This document shows, in pieces, positions 48,394 through 58,266 of a stretch of 64,000 nucleotides of DNA. The notes under the pieces are model-generated. The model did not search any database. It was not told where the DNA came from and saw nothing but the letters and a program-made list of their open reading frames with translations. Source of the stretch: an uncultured virus (IMG/VR IMGVR_UViG_3300044986_000857) (taxonomy: Duplodnaviria; Heunggongvirae; Uroviricota; Caudoviricetes); IMG/VR virus record IMGVR_UViG_3300044986_000857; one strand, given 5' to 3'. Within the stretch, counting starts at the first letter, position 1. Each line of letters begins with the position of its first letter. Both the position numbers and the translations under genes were made by a program.

Positions 48394-50507
48394 CGAACCT
48401 CTCGACGCGAGTTGCAGCGCTGTCGAGAGAAGCAAAAGAACGGGCGGCGCAGGAACAACCTGCGTCGCCCGCTCTTTCTCCCGACGTCGAGCTTGTCCCG
48501 GCCGCCGGCCTCGACTGCGAAACGTATCTGATACAGCCCGGCCGCGCCGCGCCGCAGCTGGTCGTGTGCGGCTACGAGACGCCCGATGGCCGGCAGGACG
48601 TCGTCGTGCAGGCGGGGCACGCGCAGCGCTTCCTCGCATGGACTGAGCGGCTTCTGGCAGAGCGTATGCCGCTCGTCGGGCACAACGTCGCGGCGTTCGA
48701 CTTCGCGGTCATCGCCGCCGATGCTTACGAGCGTCACGGCGTCGACGTCGGCGACGCGGTCATGCAGCGTATTTTCGATCTGCTCGACGCCGGGCTCGTC
48801 GAGGACACGCTGCTGCGCGAGCGCTTGATCGACCTCGCCGAAGGCACGCTCGGCAAGGACTTCGACAACGCGACGAAGGACGGCAACCCGCGTCGCAAGA
48901 GCTACGGGCTCAAGAGCCTCGCGAAGCGCTACCTCGGCGTCGATATGGACAAGACTTCATGGCGCACCGGATACGCGGCGCTCGACGGAAAACCGCTTGA
49001 CGACTGGCCGAAGGGTGCGCGCGACTACGTCGTCGACGACGTCACGGTCGCCCGCCGGGTCGCCGATGCGCAGGCGAAGCGAGCCGGCGTGTGGCGCATC
49101 CCCAACAGCAGCGAGCAAAGCAAGGCCGCGTTCTCGTTCCAGTTGCTCTCGTCGTGGGGGCTGCGCACCGACCCGCAGGCGGTTCGCCAGTACGACGCCG
49201 ACCTCGACCGGGAGGCGCGCAGGTTCCAGCGCATCGTTCGCGCGGAAGGACTGATACGATCCGACGGAAGCCGGGACACCAAGCGCGTGCATGCGCTCGT
49301 CGAGAAAGCCTACAACGACGCCGGGCTGGAAGTGCCGCGCACCGAGACCGGACAGGTCAGCACGGCAGGCGCGGTGCTAGAAGAGATCGCGCTGGTGCGC
49401 TTGCGGAACACCGGCACGCTCACGCACAAGCCCGATGGCAGCGTCGACGAGACGAGCCTGTTCGACGAGCCGCTGTACGCCTACTCGCAGCTGGTTTCGA
49501 TCCAGAAGTTGCAGGGCACGTACCTGCCGGTGCTGTATGCGGGCATCCACCGGCCGATCAACGCCGGCTTCGAAACGGTGCTCGAAACAGGCCGGTCGTC
49601 GTGGCACAACCCGAACATCACGAACCTGCCCCGGGGAGGGAGCAAGACGCTGCTGCAACGCTTGCAGGCCCGGGTACGCGAAGCGTTCGTGCCTCGCCCG
49701 GGGTACGTCTTCTGCTCCGTCGACTACGACACGTTGGAGTTGCGGACGCTGGCGCAGGTCTGCTTGTGGTTGCTCGGGCGTTCGAAGCTAGCGGACGCGC
49801 TGAACGCGGGTCTCGATCCGCACATGATGCTGGCGGCCGATCAGTTTCTCCACATCAGCTACGAAGAAGCGATCAAGCGCAAGAAGGACAAAGACGTCGT
49901 CGAGATGCGCACGCTTTCAAAAGCCGTGAATTTCGGCCTGCCCGGCGGCATGGGGTCCGAGTCGTTCCGCGACTTCGCCAAGGCTAGCTACGACGTGATC
50001 TTGTCGTCGGAAGAGGCGAAAGCGCTGAAAACCAAGTGGCTCGCACAATGGCCGGAAATGAACGACTACTTCAAGGTCATCGCGTCGCTGGTGCGAGGTT
50101 ACGACGACAAGGGCAACGGCATCGGAGACATCGAGCAGTTCGTCAGCGGGCGCATCCGGGGCCGGGCGCGGTACACCGCTATGGCGAACGGGTACTTTCA
50201 AGCGGCGGCAGCCGACGGCGCGAAGGCGGCGGTGTACGCGCTCGCGAAGGCTTGCTACACACGGCAGGGTGTGTTAGCAGGTTCGCGTAGCGTAGCTTTC
50301 ATCCACGACGAGGTCATCATGGAGCACCCGGAAGCGACCGCGTCGGACAGGGCGAAGGTGCAAGCGCAGATCATGGTCGACGAAATGCAACAGGTCTGCC
50401 CCGACGTGAAGATCACGGCGAGCCCGGCTCTGATGAAGCGCTGGTACAAGGGTGCCGACGCCGTCTACGACAAGAACAACAACCTGATTCCGTGGGAGCC
50501 GAAGTGA
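48390..50507 (+). CDS. polA: Family A DNA polymerase with 3'-5' exonuclease
   Basis: Exo motifs LDCET, GHNVAAFD, YVVDD; TGR; motif A DYDTLELR; motif B RTLSKAVNFG; motif C IHDE. Confidence 0.95.
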   Translation: MTNLSTRVAALSREAKERAAQEQPASPALSPDVELVPAAGLDCETYLIQPGRAAPQLVVCGYETPDGRQDVVVQAGHAQRFLAWTERLLAERMPLVGHNVAAFDFAVIAADAYERHGVDVGDAVMQRIFDLLDAGLVEDTLLRERLIDLAEGTLGKDFDNATKDGNPRRKSYGLKSLAKRYLGVDMDKTSWRTGYAALDGKPLDDWPKGARDYVVDDVTVARRVADAQAKRAGVWRIPNSSEQSKAAFSFQLLSSWGLRTDPQAVRQYDADLDREARRFQRIVRAEGLIRSDGSRDTKRVHALVEKAYNDAGLEVPRTETGQVSTAGAVLEEIALVRLRNTGTLTHKPDGSVDETSLFDEPLYAYSQLVSIQKLQGTYLPVLYAGIHRPINAGFETVLETGRSSWHNPNITNLPRGGSKTLLQRLQARVREAFVPRPGYVFCSVDYDTLELRTLAQVCLWLLGRSKLADALNAGLDPHMMLAADQFLHISYEEAIKRKKDKDVVEMRTLSKAVNFGLPGGMGSESFRDFAKASYDVILSSEEAKALKTKWLAQWPEMNDYFKVIASLVRGYDDKGNGIGDIEQFVSGRIRGRARYTAMANGYFQAAAADGAKAAVYALAKACYTRQGVLAGSRSVAFIHDEVIMEHPEATASDRAKVQAQIMVDEMQQVCPDVKITASPALMKRWYKGADAVYDKNNNLIPWEPK

Positions 50508-51175
50508 ACCAACAGCTGAACAAAGCCGTCGACGCGGCGTTGCGTCGCGAAGTCGCGGCGCAGGCCGGCAAGTCGATGTTCTCGCGCGACGGCCGACTCC
50601 GACACGAGTTGGAAGGCAACGTCGGAGGCAACATCCACCTCGGAGAGTACCTACAGCTGGGCGACATTCCATACGCCCCGGAGCCGTGGGGCAGCGAGCA
50701 CGCGACAAACCTTGCCCGGCTCTCGGAGTACATGGCGAGCCTGCCCGGCAACATGGGCGGCGTTGTGGGCGGCCCGCTGGCGAAGGAAGATCAGAAGATC
50801 CTCTGGGCCGTCGCCACGCTCTACGCAGTCGGCCGCGCACAAGGCGAGGCAAACTTTGCGGAGCGCAGCGCGGCGTTCGCCGACAAGTACCTGCGCAGCG
50901 GCGCGGCGTCGAACACGTCGTGGGCGAAAGAGAGTGTGCGTGACGAGGTCTGTCGGTTGATCTTGAAGCACGCTGACCCGCGCGCAATCGACGAGGACAA
51001 GCGGTTGCAGGTCTTCAACGACGCTCGACGGTACGAAATGGCGCGCATGCAGCCGAACACGTCGGAAGGGCTCAAGATTCTCCGCGAATGGTGTGCGCCC
51101 GAAAAGTTCTATACGGGATTTGCCAAAGACAAGATCAACCTTCGCGCTTGGATGCTCAAGCGCGGCTGGAAGTGA
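50504..51175 (+). CDS. Degenerate HD-domain-like protein
   Basis: ATLYAVGR, AERSA, LILKH and FNDARR align with the HD-fold pattern, but the HD dyad is missing. Confidence 0.45.
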   Translation: MNQQLNKAVDAALRREVAAQAGKSMFSRDGRLRHELEGNVGGNIHLGEYLQLGDIPYAPEPWGSEHATNLARLSEYMASLPGNMGGVVGGPLAKEDQKILWAVATLYAVGRAQGEANFAERSAAFADKYLRSGAASNTSWAKESVRDEVCRLILKHADPRAIDEDKRLQVFNDARRYEMARMQPNTSEGLKILREWCAPEKFYTGFAKDKINLRAWMLKRGWK

Positions 51176-51182
51176 GGTAGAA

Positions 51183-51554
51183 ATGGGTATCTCAGCTAAT
51201 CAGTTCTGGTCGACGAGCAAAAACGGCAAAGCCATGATCGTCATGCTCGCGCAGCGGGGCGACGTTGAGTTGTGCCGCGACATTTGCGAGTGGTTGGTCT
51301 CGGAGAAGCGCAAGGCGATCGAGGCCGAAGCCCGCGCAGACGGACGCAGCGAGACACAGGCCAAGACGATCTCGGCGGAAGCCTGCGGAGGCTTGCAGAG
51401 AGCCGCCGAAGCAATCGGAGACAGGAACGTCGAAGGCCAAACAGCGTCCGTCATCGACGCGCTGTACGCCCGGCACTACGCCGCCGGCAAGGCGACATAT
51501 GATAAGGCTATGGCCGACCTCGCCGATGCGCTCCGGCGAAAGGTGCAGGACTGA
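51183..51554 (+). CDS. Hypothetical protein
   Basis: GAGG RBS. Confidence 0.7.
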   Translation: MGISANQFWSTSKNGKAMIVMLAQRGDVELCRDICEWLVSEKRKAIEAEARADGRSETQAKTISAEACGGLQRAAEAIGDRNVEGQTASVIDALYARHYAAGKATYDKAMADLADALRRKVQD

Positions 51555-51557
51555 CGG

Positions 51558-52133
51558 GTGGCGAACAACAAGACCCGCTGGACGAAAGACGACCCGCCAA
51601 ACACTTTGCTCGCGATCGACCCCGGTGCTCGCTACCCGAAGAGCGGCGTACCGTATGCGGGCGCAGCCTACTTCCAATGGGGCGAGTTGGTCTGGGCCGG
51701 GCTGGTGAAGGCGCACGGCGTCGTCGCTCCTTTTGGCCGACCGAACGAGTTGGTGCATCGCGTGTTGCAGTCTGCCGGTATCCCGCGCACGAAACACGAC
51801 CCCGGGGAGCCGTTGACAGTCCTCGCCGTCGAGGTTCCGCGCGTGTACGTCGGAGGGAAAGCGCGACCCGAAGACATCGTGCAGCTGGCGGTCATCGCGG
51901 GTGCCTTTTGCGGCGGCGTCGAGGCCGAGTTCTACTCTTGCCCGCGTCCGTCGGAGTGGAAGGGAACGATCGACGGCGACATTTTGTGCGATCGGGTGAT
52001 GAACAAGATCGCAAACACAGCAGAGCGCATGATCATCGGGCGAGCCGAGGGCGGAACGACGTCGCACGTGCAAGACGCCTTTGGGCTTGGTTGTTGGGTT
52101 CTTGGACGTATGGGAACAGGAGGCGTGGTGTGA
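51558..52133 (+). CDS. RuvC-like Holliday junction resolvase
   Basis: LLAIDPG, LAVE, PSEWK, HVQDAFGLG. Confidence 0.8.
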   Translation: MANNKTRWTKDDPPNTLLAIDPGARYPKSGVPYAGAAYFQWGELVWAGLVKAHGVVAPFGRPNELVHRVLQSAGIPRTKHDPGEPLTVLAVEVPRVYVGGKARPEDIVQLAVIAGAFCGGVEAEFYSCPRPSEWKGTIDGDILCDRVMNKIANTAERMIIGRAEGGTTSHVQDAFGLGCWVLGRMGTGGVV

Positions 52134-52426
52134 TGACGACGTTGAAAGACTGCACGGGATGCAAACACCACTCGACGCTGCGGCGGCCAAAGGTCGTCGA
52201 CGGCACCGGGTTTGACGATCAGATCGAGTTTTCCGACGACGACGAGACGGTGTACGTGTGTCGCGCCGAAAGCGGCCCGTACGCGGGCGGCAAGGAAGTC
52301 GGCACGCTCCCGGTGTCGTGCTCGTCGTGGACGGCGTGGACGAAAGCGGGAGCGGACAGGCTCGCCGAGCTTGATCGCATGATTGCAGCGCAGAACGAAC
52401 GATTGAGAAAAAGGGGTGACGAATGA
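52133..52426 (+). CDS. Cys-containing hypothetical protein
   Basis: CTGCKH...C...C; TGATG coupling. Confidence 0.65.
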   Translation: MTTLKDCTGCKHHSTLRRPKVVDGTGFDDQIEFSDDDETVYVCRAESGPYAGGKEVGTLPVSCSSWTAWTKAGADRLAELDRMIAAQNERLRKRGDE

Positions 52427-53046
52427 CGACGACGATGGTGAATCTGGCGCAAAAGGAAAAGCTGGCGCAGGACGCGGCGAACGAGAGCGAAAGCATGCTT
52501 GCGTTGCTGCACTCGTTCGAAGTGACGACGAAGGAGTCGTTCGAAGAGTGCGCTGCGATCTTGAAAGACGTGACCGGGCGGATCAAGTTTCTCGACGAGG
52601 AACGCAAGATTTCCGTCGAGCCGCTGAACCATGAAGTCAAGCGCATCAACGGCTGGTTCAAGCCAGCGCTCGACAGGCTCAAGGACATTCAGACCACGAT
52701 CAAGACCGCGATGGCCCGGTACGAGGTCAGGCAGCGCGAAGAACAGCAGCGGCTCATGGCGGCAGCGGCAGCGGAAGCGCAGCGCGTTCTCGTCACGAAC
52801 CCGGAAGGCATGGCCGGCGCGCAGGCGTTGGTCACGCAAGCCGCAGCGGCGCAGGCCCCGACGGTGTCGGGTGTGAGCGGTCGCGAAGTATGGACGTGGG
52901 AAGTCGTCGACGAGGTAGCGCTGGATCGCAGGTTTTTGATGCCGAACCCGAAGGCGATCGAGGCGTGGGTCAAGGAACACGGCGACAAGGACGTCCCGGC
53001 GGGCGTCAAGGTGGTGCGCGATGTCCGGTACATTGTCCGTTCGTGA
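52423..53046 (+). CDS. Phage coiled-coil protein
   Basis: EERK...EPL...INGWFKP; WTWEVVD...VPAGVKV. Confidence 0.75.
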   Translation: MTTTMVNLAQKEKLAQDAANESESMLALLHSFEVTTKESFEECAAILKDVTGRIKFLDEERKISVEPLNHEVKRINGWFKPALDRLKDIQTTIKTAMARYEVRQREEQQRLMAAAAAEAQRVLVTNPEGMAGAQALVTQAAAAQAPTVSGVSGREVWTWEVVDEVALDRRFLMPNPKAIEAWVKEHGDKDVPAGVKVVRDVRYIVRS

Positions 53047-53788
53047 GGGCAAGAAACTGGCGAGGAAGAATCCGCTCGTCGACAAGCCCGTCAAGGTCAA
53101 CCAGATCCAGAGGCGGGGCTACTTCGCCGGGCAGGAGATCATCGACAAGACGCGCATGCACTTGGAGCCTGCCGAGTTGCAGCGCTTCTTTTCGTACATG
53201 CCCGTCACGTCGTTTTGGTATCCGTACTTCTTCATCCAATACTTTTACGGCTGCCGGCTGTCAGAGCCGGCGTTGCTTCTCGACGAGGACATTTCGTTCG
53301 AACGCAACCAGATCGTGATACGACGGCTCAAGAAGGTGAGCGAGGCCGCCGGCTACAAAGAGCACGTCTACCCGATGGACCCGCGCGTGTTGGAGTCGGT
53401 CAAGACGGCATACCGTTGGAAAGAACACCGACGCCAGAAGGACAACCCGTTCTTGTTCCCCTCGCAGCGCCGTCGAGCAAAGACCGGCGCGGAGCGCTTG
53501 TCGCAGTTGCGGAACATTGACGGCTGGCAAGCGGTGTCAAGGTTCACGGCACACCGCGTCTTCAAGCAGATCGCGAAGGCGTTGAAGCTGCCTGAGAATC
53601 TGCAACACTCGCACGTGCTACGGCACACTCGGGCGACGCTTCTGCTAGCGTCGGGCGTCGCGGAGGAACAAGTGCAGTACCTTCTCGGACACGGCAGCGT
53701 GCAAATGACACGCAGATATCTCGGTGTCGCCGAAAGCATGCGCGAAGCGCTGAACAGCGAAGTGCTGCGCAAGGGGCTTGGACTGTGA
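53021..53788 (+). CDS. Tyrosine recombinase (catalytic domain only; start uncertain)
   Basis: GCRLSE, K, HVLRHT, LLGH and RRY give the full R-K-H-R-H-Y set. Confidence 0.9.
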   Translation: MSGTLSVREGKKLARKNPLVDKPVKVNQIQRRGYFAGQEIIDKTRMHLEPAELQRFFSYMPVTSFWYPYFFIQYFYGCRLSEPALLLDEDISFERNQIVIRRLKKVSEAAGYKEHVYPMDPRVLESVKTAYRWKEHRRQKDNPFLFPSQRRRAKTGAERLSQLRNIDGWQAVSRFTAHRVFKQIAKALKLPENLQHSHVLRHTRATLLLASGVAEEQVQYLLGHGSVQMTRRYLGVAESMREALNSEVLRKGLGL

Positions 53789-54075
53789 GCATCTGGGGCC
53801 ACGAAAACGTCAAGGTAGAAAAAGACCCTGACAAGCGATGCTGGTATGTGCGGACGCTGCAAGGCGGCCTGCTCTGCACGATTCCGTGGGCCGATGCCTT
53901 TCGCGAGCTTAACGCGGCCCCGGACTACGCCGCTGCGGTCGCAACGTGCATGGGGCACCCCAAGACGACGTTGTCGCCAGCGGAAGAACGATTGGCGTAC
54001 GTCGACTCGCTGCCAAAAGAAAAGAGGGGCGACAACGTCGTCGAGGTCGATTTCAAAGCCAAGAGGCGAAAATGA
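53785..54075 (+). CDS. Hypothetical protein
   Basis: GTGA coupling; ends NVVEVDF. Confidence 0.7.
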   Translation: MSIWGHENVKVEKDPDKRCWYVRTLQGGLLCTIPWADAFRELNAAPDYAAAVATCMGHPKTTLSPAEERLAYVDSLPKEKRGDNVVEVDFKAKRRK

Positions 54076-54347
54076 AAATCAACTTGACGCCCGAAATGGG
54101 CGCGATGATGCAGCAGATGGTGTTCACGGCGCGGCAGATGGCCGAAGAAGCCGGGACGGACTGCGACGCGCCCGGCTGTAACGCTCTGACGCTTGGCATC
54201 AGGTGCGCCAACTGCTCGCGTAGGCTCTGCGTTGGGCACTCGTATTGGCACATGGCAGGCGGCGCTGTCACGACCTATTGCCCGTACTGCGTGCTCGCGC
54301 AAAATCACAACCTCTTTTCCGACGGCGACGACGAGGGGGAGGAATGA
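54072..54347 (+). CDS. Zinc-finger protein
   Basis: C....C, CANC, C..H, CPYC. Confidence 0.7.
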   Translation: MKINLTPEMGAMMQQMVFTARQMAEEAGTDCDAPGCNALTLGIRCANCSRRLCVGHSYWHMAGGAVTTYCPYCVLAQNHNLFSDGDDEGEE

Positions 54348-54754
54348 TGGACCTGCTCAAAACGCTGTTGTGGGTTGCCGACGAGAACGCAGCAGAAGTG
54401 CGCGAGCGGGAACGCTCGCGAGTAGGTTCGGCCATCGTCACCGCAAAAGAGATCGAAGAGAGCGAGTGGCAGGCGATGACGGCGAAGCTGCGTCGGCGGC
54501 AACAGCTGCTCGGCGAAGCACTAGAGAGCGAAGACGAAGATGACGGAGAAGCGCTGGTCCTTGTCATGCACGTGCTCACGCAAAGCAAGCACCCCTTGAC
54601 GGCGTTTGAGGTCATGCGGCACTTGCAGCGCGCAAGGCTTCTTTCGTTGGAGTTCCCAGCGGCAGCAAGAGCGCAGACGACGGCGCTGCTCAATCGTCTG
54701 CGCGTAGCAAACCGGGTATGGCAAGATACACACGGTAGGTGGTCTTTGTTATGA
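54344..54754 (+). CDS. Possible winged-helix protein
   Basis: VL.....PLTAFEV..HL...LLNRL.....V.....GRWSL. Confidence 0.55.
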   Translation: MMDLLKTLLWVADENAAEVRERERSRVGSAIVTAKEIEESEWQAMTAKLRRRQQLLGEALESEDEDDGEALVLVMHVLTQSKHPLTAFEVMRHLQRARLLSLEFPAAARAQTTALLNRLRVANRVWQDTHGRWSLL

Positions 54755-54770
54755 CGCCCCGGAGAAAGCT

Positions 54771-55160
54771 GTGCCAGACGCCACAACGCCCACGATCGCG
54801 CTGACGGAAATGCTCGCGTACGTTTCTCTTGGTGCTTCGTTGTTGGTCGCAGGGCGCGTGGTGTTCTCGACGGAAAGCGCTGTCAAGAGTCTGGAAAAGA
54901 CCTCAACGGAGCACGGCAACAGCTTGAACGCTCTCTTGGCATCGTCAGTCGACATCAAGACGGCACACGCCGCTCTCGTCGAGCGAGTCAACAGCATCAA
55001 CGCGACGATGGAAAGCAAGGCCAGCGTCGAAAGCGTCTCTGCGGTTCGCGAAGCTATCGAAAAAGCGGTCGATAATCTTCGGCGCGAGCAGGAAGTCGCC
55101 AACAAGTCAGTCATTCAGCATCTTGAGCGCATTGAAGCCAAGATGGAAAAGCGGTCTTAA
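54771..55160 (+). CDS. Membrane-anchored coiled-coil protein
   Basis: N-terminal hydrophobic helix followed by heptads; GGAG RBS. Confidence 0.7.
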   Translation: MPDATTPTIALTEMLAYVSLGASLLVAGRVVFSTESAVKSLEKTSTEHGNSLNALLASSVDIKTAHAALVERVNSINATMESKASVESVSAVREAIEKAVDNLRREQEVANKSVIQHLERIEAKMEKRS

Positions 55161-55186
55161 AAACAAGCGTGTAGCTCGGAGAAAGC

Positions 55187-56014
55187 ATGCAAAACTGGAA
55201 CGACCAGATCCGCAAGCAGCTGAACAACCTGCCGGGCTTTCCGCCTGTGCCGACAGGCACGCCGGCAGGTACGCCAGCGACTCCGTATGAATGGATCCTC
55301 GGAAACTGGATCCAAGAGTGCCGCGTTCGCCCAGCTGCCGCCACGTTTGCGACGCTGCCCGCCACGGGCAATCAAGTTGGGGACATTCGCGCGTCTCTCG
55401 CCGATCAGGCGTGGTACATCTGGGACGGCGCGATCTGGCAGCCGATGGCGGGTGGAGGTGGTGCGGTCAACAGCGTGACCGCGTCGGCCCCGTTGGCGTC
55501 GTCGGGCGGTGCCAACCCTGACCTTTCGTTTCCGTCATGGCCCGCGAACGCTGCGGGTGTCTTGACGAACGACGGAGCGGGCGCGCTGTCGTGGTCTGCG
55601 GCGTCAGCGCCAGCGACAGTCGACGTGCCGGCGACCGCGCAAGAAATCCTCGTTGCGGGCGATCTCGTTCGCTTCGTGAACGCGGCTGGCAGCCCGCGCG
55701 TGCAGAAGGCCGATGCGACGAACACCGATGCACGGCTCAACGCCGTTGGTTTTGCTGTCGCGGGCGCTGCGGCGGGCGCTGCGGTCACGGTGCGGATCGC
55801 GGGTGTTGCCGACGTTCCTGTCGCGCTGTTCGATCTGCCTGCGCCTACTCCGGTGAACGTCGGCCAGCGGGTATTTGTGTCGACGACAGCGGGAAAAGTG
55901 ACGTTGACTGCGCCATCTGCGTCGGGCGACATTGTGCAGCGCGTAGGCGTGCTTGTCGACGGCAGCGGAAGCCCGAAGGTGCTGGTGCAAATCGGCGACC
56001 CGACTTTGCTTTGA
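55187..56014 (+). CDS. Fibre/spike protein, QNWN anchor family copy 2
   Basis: Conserved N-terminus; VTASAPL.SSGG; C-terminal module shared with the 58733 gene. Confidence 0.8.
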   Translation: MQNWNDQIRKQLNNLPGFPPVPTGTPAGTPATPYEWILGNWIQECRVRPAAATFATLPATGNQVGDIRASLADQAWYIWDGAIWQPMAGGGGAVNSVTASAPLASSGGANPDLSFPSWPANAAGVLTNDGAGALSWSAASAPATVDVPATAQEILVAGDLVRFVNAAGSPRVQKADATNTDARLNAVGFAVAGAAAGAAVTVRIAGVADVPVALFDLPAPTPVNVGQRVFVSTTAGKVTLTAPSASGDIVQRVGVLVDGSGSPKVLVQIGDPTLL

Positions 56015-56046
56015 TTTCGGCTACAACATTTTGAAGCGAGAAAAAG

Positions 56047-57189
56047 ATGCCGAGCAAAAAGCCTCTTGTCGTCAGCAGCGGTACGATGCAGCAGCTTCCG
56101 ACCGCAGACCAGCTTGAAGTCAACGACCTGTCGGTAGCAGGCAACGTGCAGTTTGCAGAGGGCGCTGCACGGTCTATTGCCGTTCAAACGCCCGCAACGC
56201 TCAACGCCAACGGAAACAACCTCACCGTTTCGGCTGCAGCAGGCAACAACGATGGCAACGGGGGCAGCCTTTCGTTGTCTGCGGGTTCCGGAGGTGGAGG
56301 CGGCTCAGTCACCATTTCGGCAGGAAACTCTAGCGGTCTGGCGTTAGGCGGCGATGTTACCATCAACGCAGGCACAGGCGGCGTAGACGCGGGCGTTGTC
56401 AATCTTGGCTCTAATGTCTATTTTGAACCTACCCAGAACCATGTTTTTGCTGTAAAGCAGCCTACGTCAAACAATACATCGGGTAAAAATCTTCAAGTCG
56501 CCGCCGCCGCAGGCGCGGGAACAGGAAATGGCGGCGACCTTACCCTCGTAGCAGGTAGCTCTTTAAGTCTTGGTCTTGGTAGTGCTTCCGGTTCCGGCGG
56601 AAACGTCATCTTGTCTGCCGGCGCAGGGGGGAGCAGCGCCGGTGCCGGGGGCAACGTCACGATCAGCGGCGGTGTGGCTAGCGCAGGTCTTACGTTTGGA
56701 GGAACAGTCACGATCAACGCGGGGTCGGGACCGGCGGGCGCAGGAAACATAAACATCGGTACAGCCACCACGGACTCCTTGACACTTGGCACTACCGGCG
56801 TAGGAAACGTATTTGCCAACGGTCCTTTTTCGACCAATGGTTCTTTTTCCGTAAACGAAAGACTTATTTACGCAGCGGTCAACACGCCCGCGCAAATAAC
56901 GGTAGATCAAAACAACTACACGCTTGCCAACGCGGTCATCTTTCGGTTGTCCTCTAACGCAAGCAGAAACATCACAGGTTTTGCAGGCGGCTCAAACGGG
57001 CGAACGATCACGATCATAAACGTCGGCCTAAACAGTATTGCTCTGCAAAATCAAAGCGCGTCTAGCGCGGTAAATAACCGTATCATAACAGGTACAGGAC
57101 TAGCTTTGACGCTTGCGGCTGACAACGTCGCTACGCTTATTTACGACGGTACTACGGCGCGCTGGCGTGTTGTTTCTGTCCGACAATGA
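56047..57189 (+). CDS. Gly-rich fibre protein
   Basis: Repeated GG.V.I.AG motifs; lower-GC 3' part. Confidence 0.8.
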   Translation: MPSKKPLVVSSGTMQQLPTADQLEVNDLSVAGNVQFAEGAARSIAVQTPATLNANGNNLTVSAAAGNNDGNGGSLSLSAGSGGGGGSVTISAGNSSGLALGGDVTINAGTGGVDAGVVNLGSNVYFEPTQNHVFAVKQPTSNNTSGKNLQVAAAAGAGTGNGGDLTLVAGSSLSLGLGSASGSGGNVILSAGAGGSSAGAGGNVTISGGVASAGLTFGGTVTINAGSGPAGAGNINIGTATTDSLTLGTTGVGNVFANGPFSTNGSFSVNERLIYAAVNTPAQITVDQNNYTLANAVIFRLSSNASRNITGFAGGSNGRTITIINVGLNSIALQNQSASSAVNNRIITGTGLALTLAADNVATLIYDGTTARWRVVSVRQ

Positions 57190-57237
57190 GATCGTTTTCT
57201 TTTTCGTTTAGTTTTGCAAAGTGCAAGGAGAAAAAGT

Positions 57238-57454
57238 GACGCAGTTCAAGTACCTCGGTGAACCCCCTCGCAGCTTCGTCGCGGCTTACGGGCCGACGAA
57301 GCGCATCGCCGTCCCGAAAAAGGACGGCAGCAAAACCGTTTTGGAGAATCCTGACGGGTTTCCGATCGGAGACGTCGTCCCGTTCGATTTCACCGATCCT
57401 ATGTCGCTGATGATCATGCGTGCCGACACGCGCTTTGAGGAAGTGACCGGCTGA
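57238..57454 (+). CDS. Small hypothetical protein (start approximate; ORF open from 57221)
   Basis: AAGGAG upstream of a GTG; ORF in operon order. Confidence 0.55.
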
Positions 57455-57455
57455 T

Positions 57456-58265
57456 ATGCCCGACTTTCGCGCGCTCGTTGCAAAGCAAGGCGTCTTGCAA
57501 GGGATCACAACAGCGGACACGCTCGTCGTCGGCAACAAGGTTGACGCGACAGGCGCGACGTCGTTGTCCATCGGCGACACCAACGCGACGGCGTTGTCGT
57601 TGTCGCGCCCCGGTGCGACGACGACGGTACAAGGCCCGCTGAATCTGACGAACGCAACGACGTCGATTGCCTCGATTAGCGCGCCGGGTTTTGACGCGCC
57701 TTCGTTGGGCGCGTCAATGTCTGTTGGGGGTAGTCTGGCCGGGACGGTGAATCTCGGTCGCCCCGGAAGTCTGGTGAGCATCGCGTCGAACGTCGAGGTT
57801 TCGGGCAAGATCAGAGGAATCCCGCCCGTTGGCCCCGGCCAGCTTCTTCAGTTTTCGGGCACGCTGTTTCAAAACAGCGGCTACGTCCCCGGCGTCGGCG
57901 AGTTCAGCACGCCTTCGGCCTTCGGCTTCTTCCCCGTCCAGAACGCCAACTTTGTTTTCAATCCCGCCGATTTGTTCGGTATTACCAACACCTACCGAAT
58001 CCGCGTCGCGGTGCGCGTCGATGGCGCGTTCAACGACGGGCTTCATTGTATGCTGCGTCAAGTAGTGATCGGCGGCGTAGAGAGCGGTGTGCCGGGGCTT
58101 CTGGATTTTGGTTCTGGCGTCGCGCAGATTTACCAAGCAGTCAGCAACACGCGCACCATATCAACTACCAACTGGGTTTGGCTTCGCCCGTATTTCGCTG
58201 CGTACAACGGCGGCAACGGTGCGACGTTGCAAGACGTGACAGTCTTTTTGGAAGAATGGTTCTAA
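57456..58265 (+). CDS. Fibre/spike protein
   Basis: N-terminus similar to the 58733 gene (ALV...G......TL.VG..DA...T.L.IG.T.AT); distinct beta-rich C-terminal domain. Confidence 0.75.
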   Translation: MPDFRALVAKQGVLQGITTADTLVVGNKVDATGATSLSIGDTNATALSLSRPGATTTVQGPLNLTNATTSIASISAPGFDAPSLGASMSVGGSLAGTVNLGRPGSLVSIASNVEVSGKIRGIPPVGPGQLLQFSGTLFQNSGYVPGVGEFSTPSAFGFFPVQNANFVFNPADLFGITNTYRIRVAVRVDGAFNDGLHCMLRQVVIGGVESGVPGLLDFGSGVAQIYQAVSNTRTISTTNWVWLRPYFAAYNGGNGATLQDVTVFLEEWF

Positions 58266-58266
58266 C

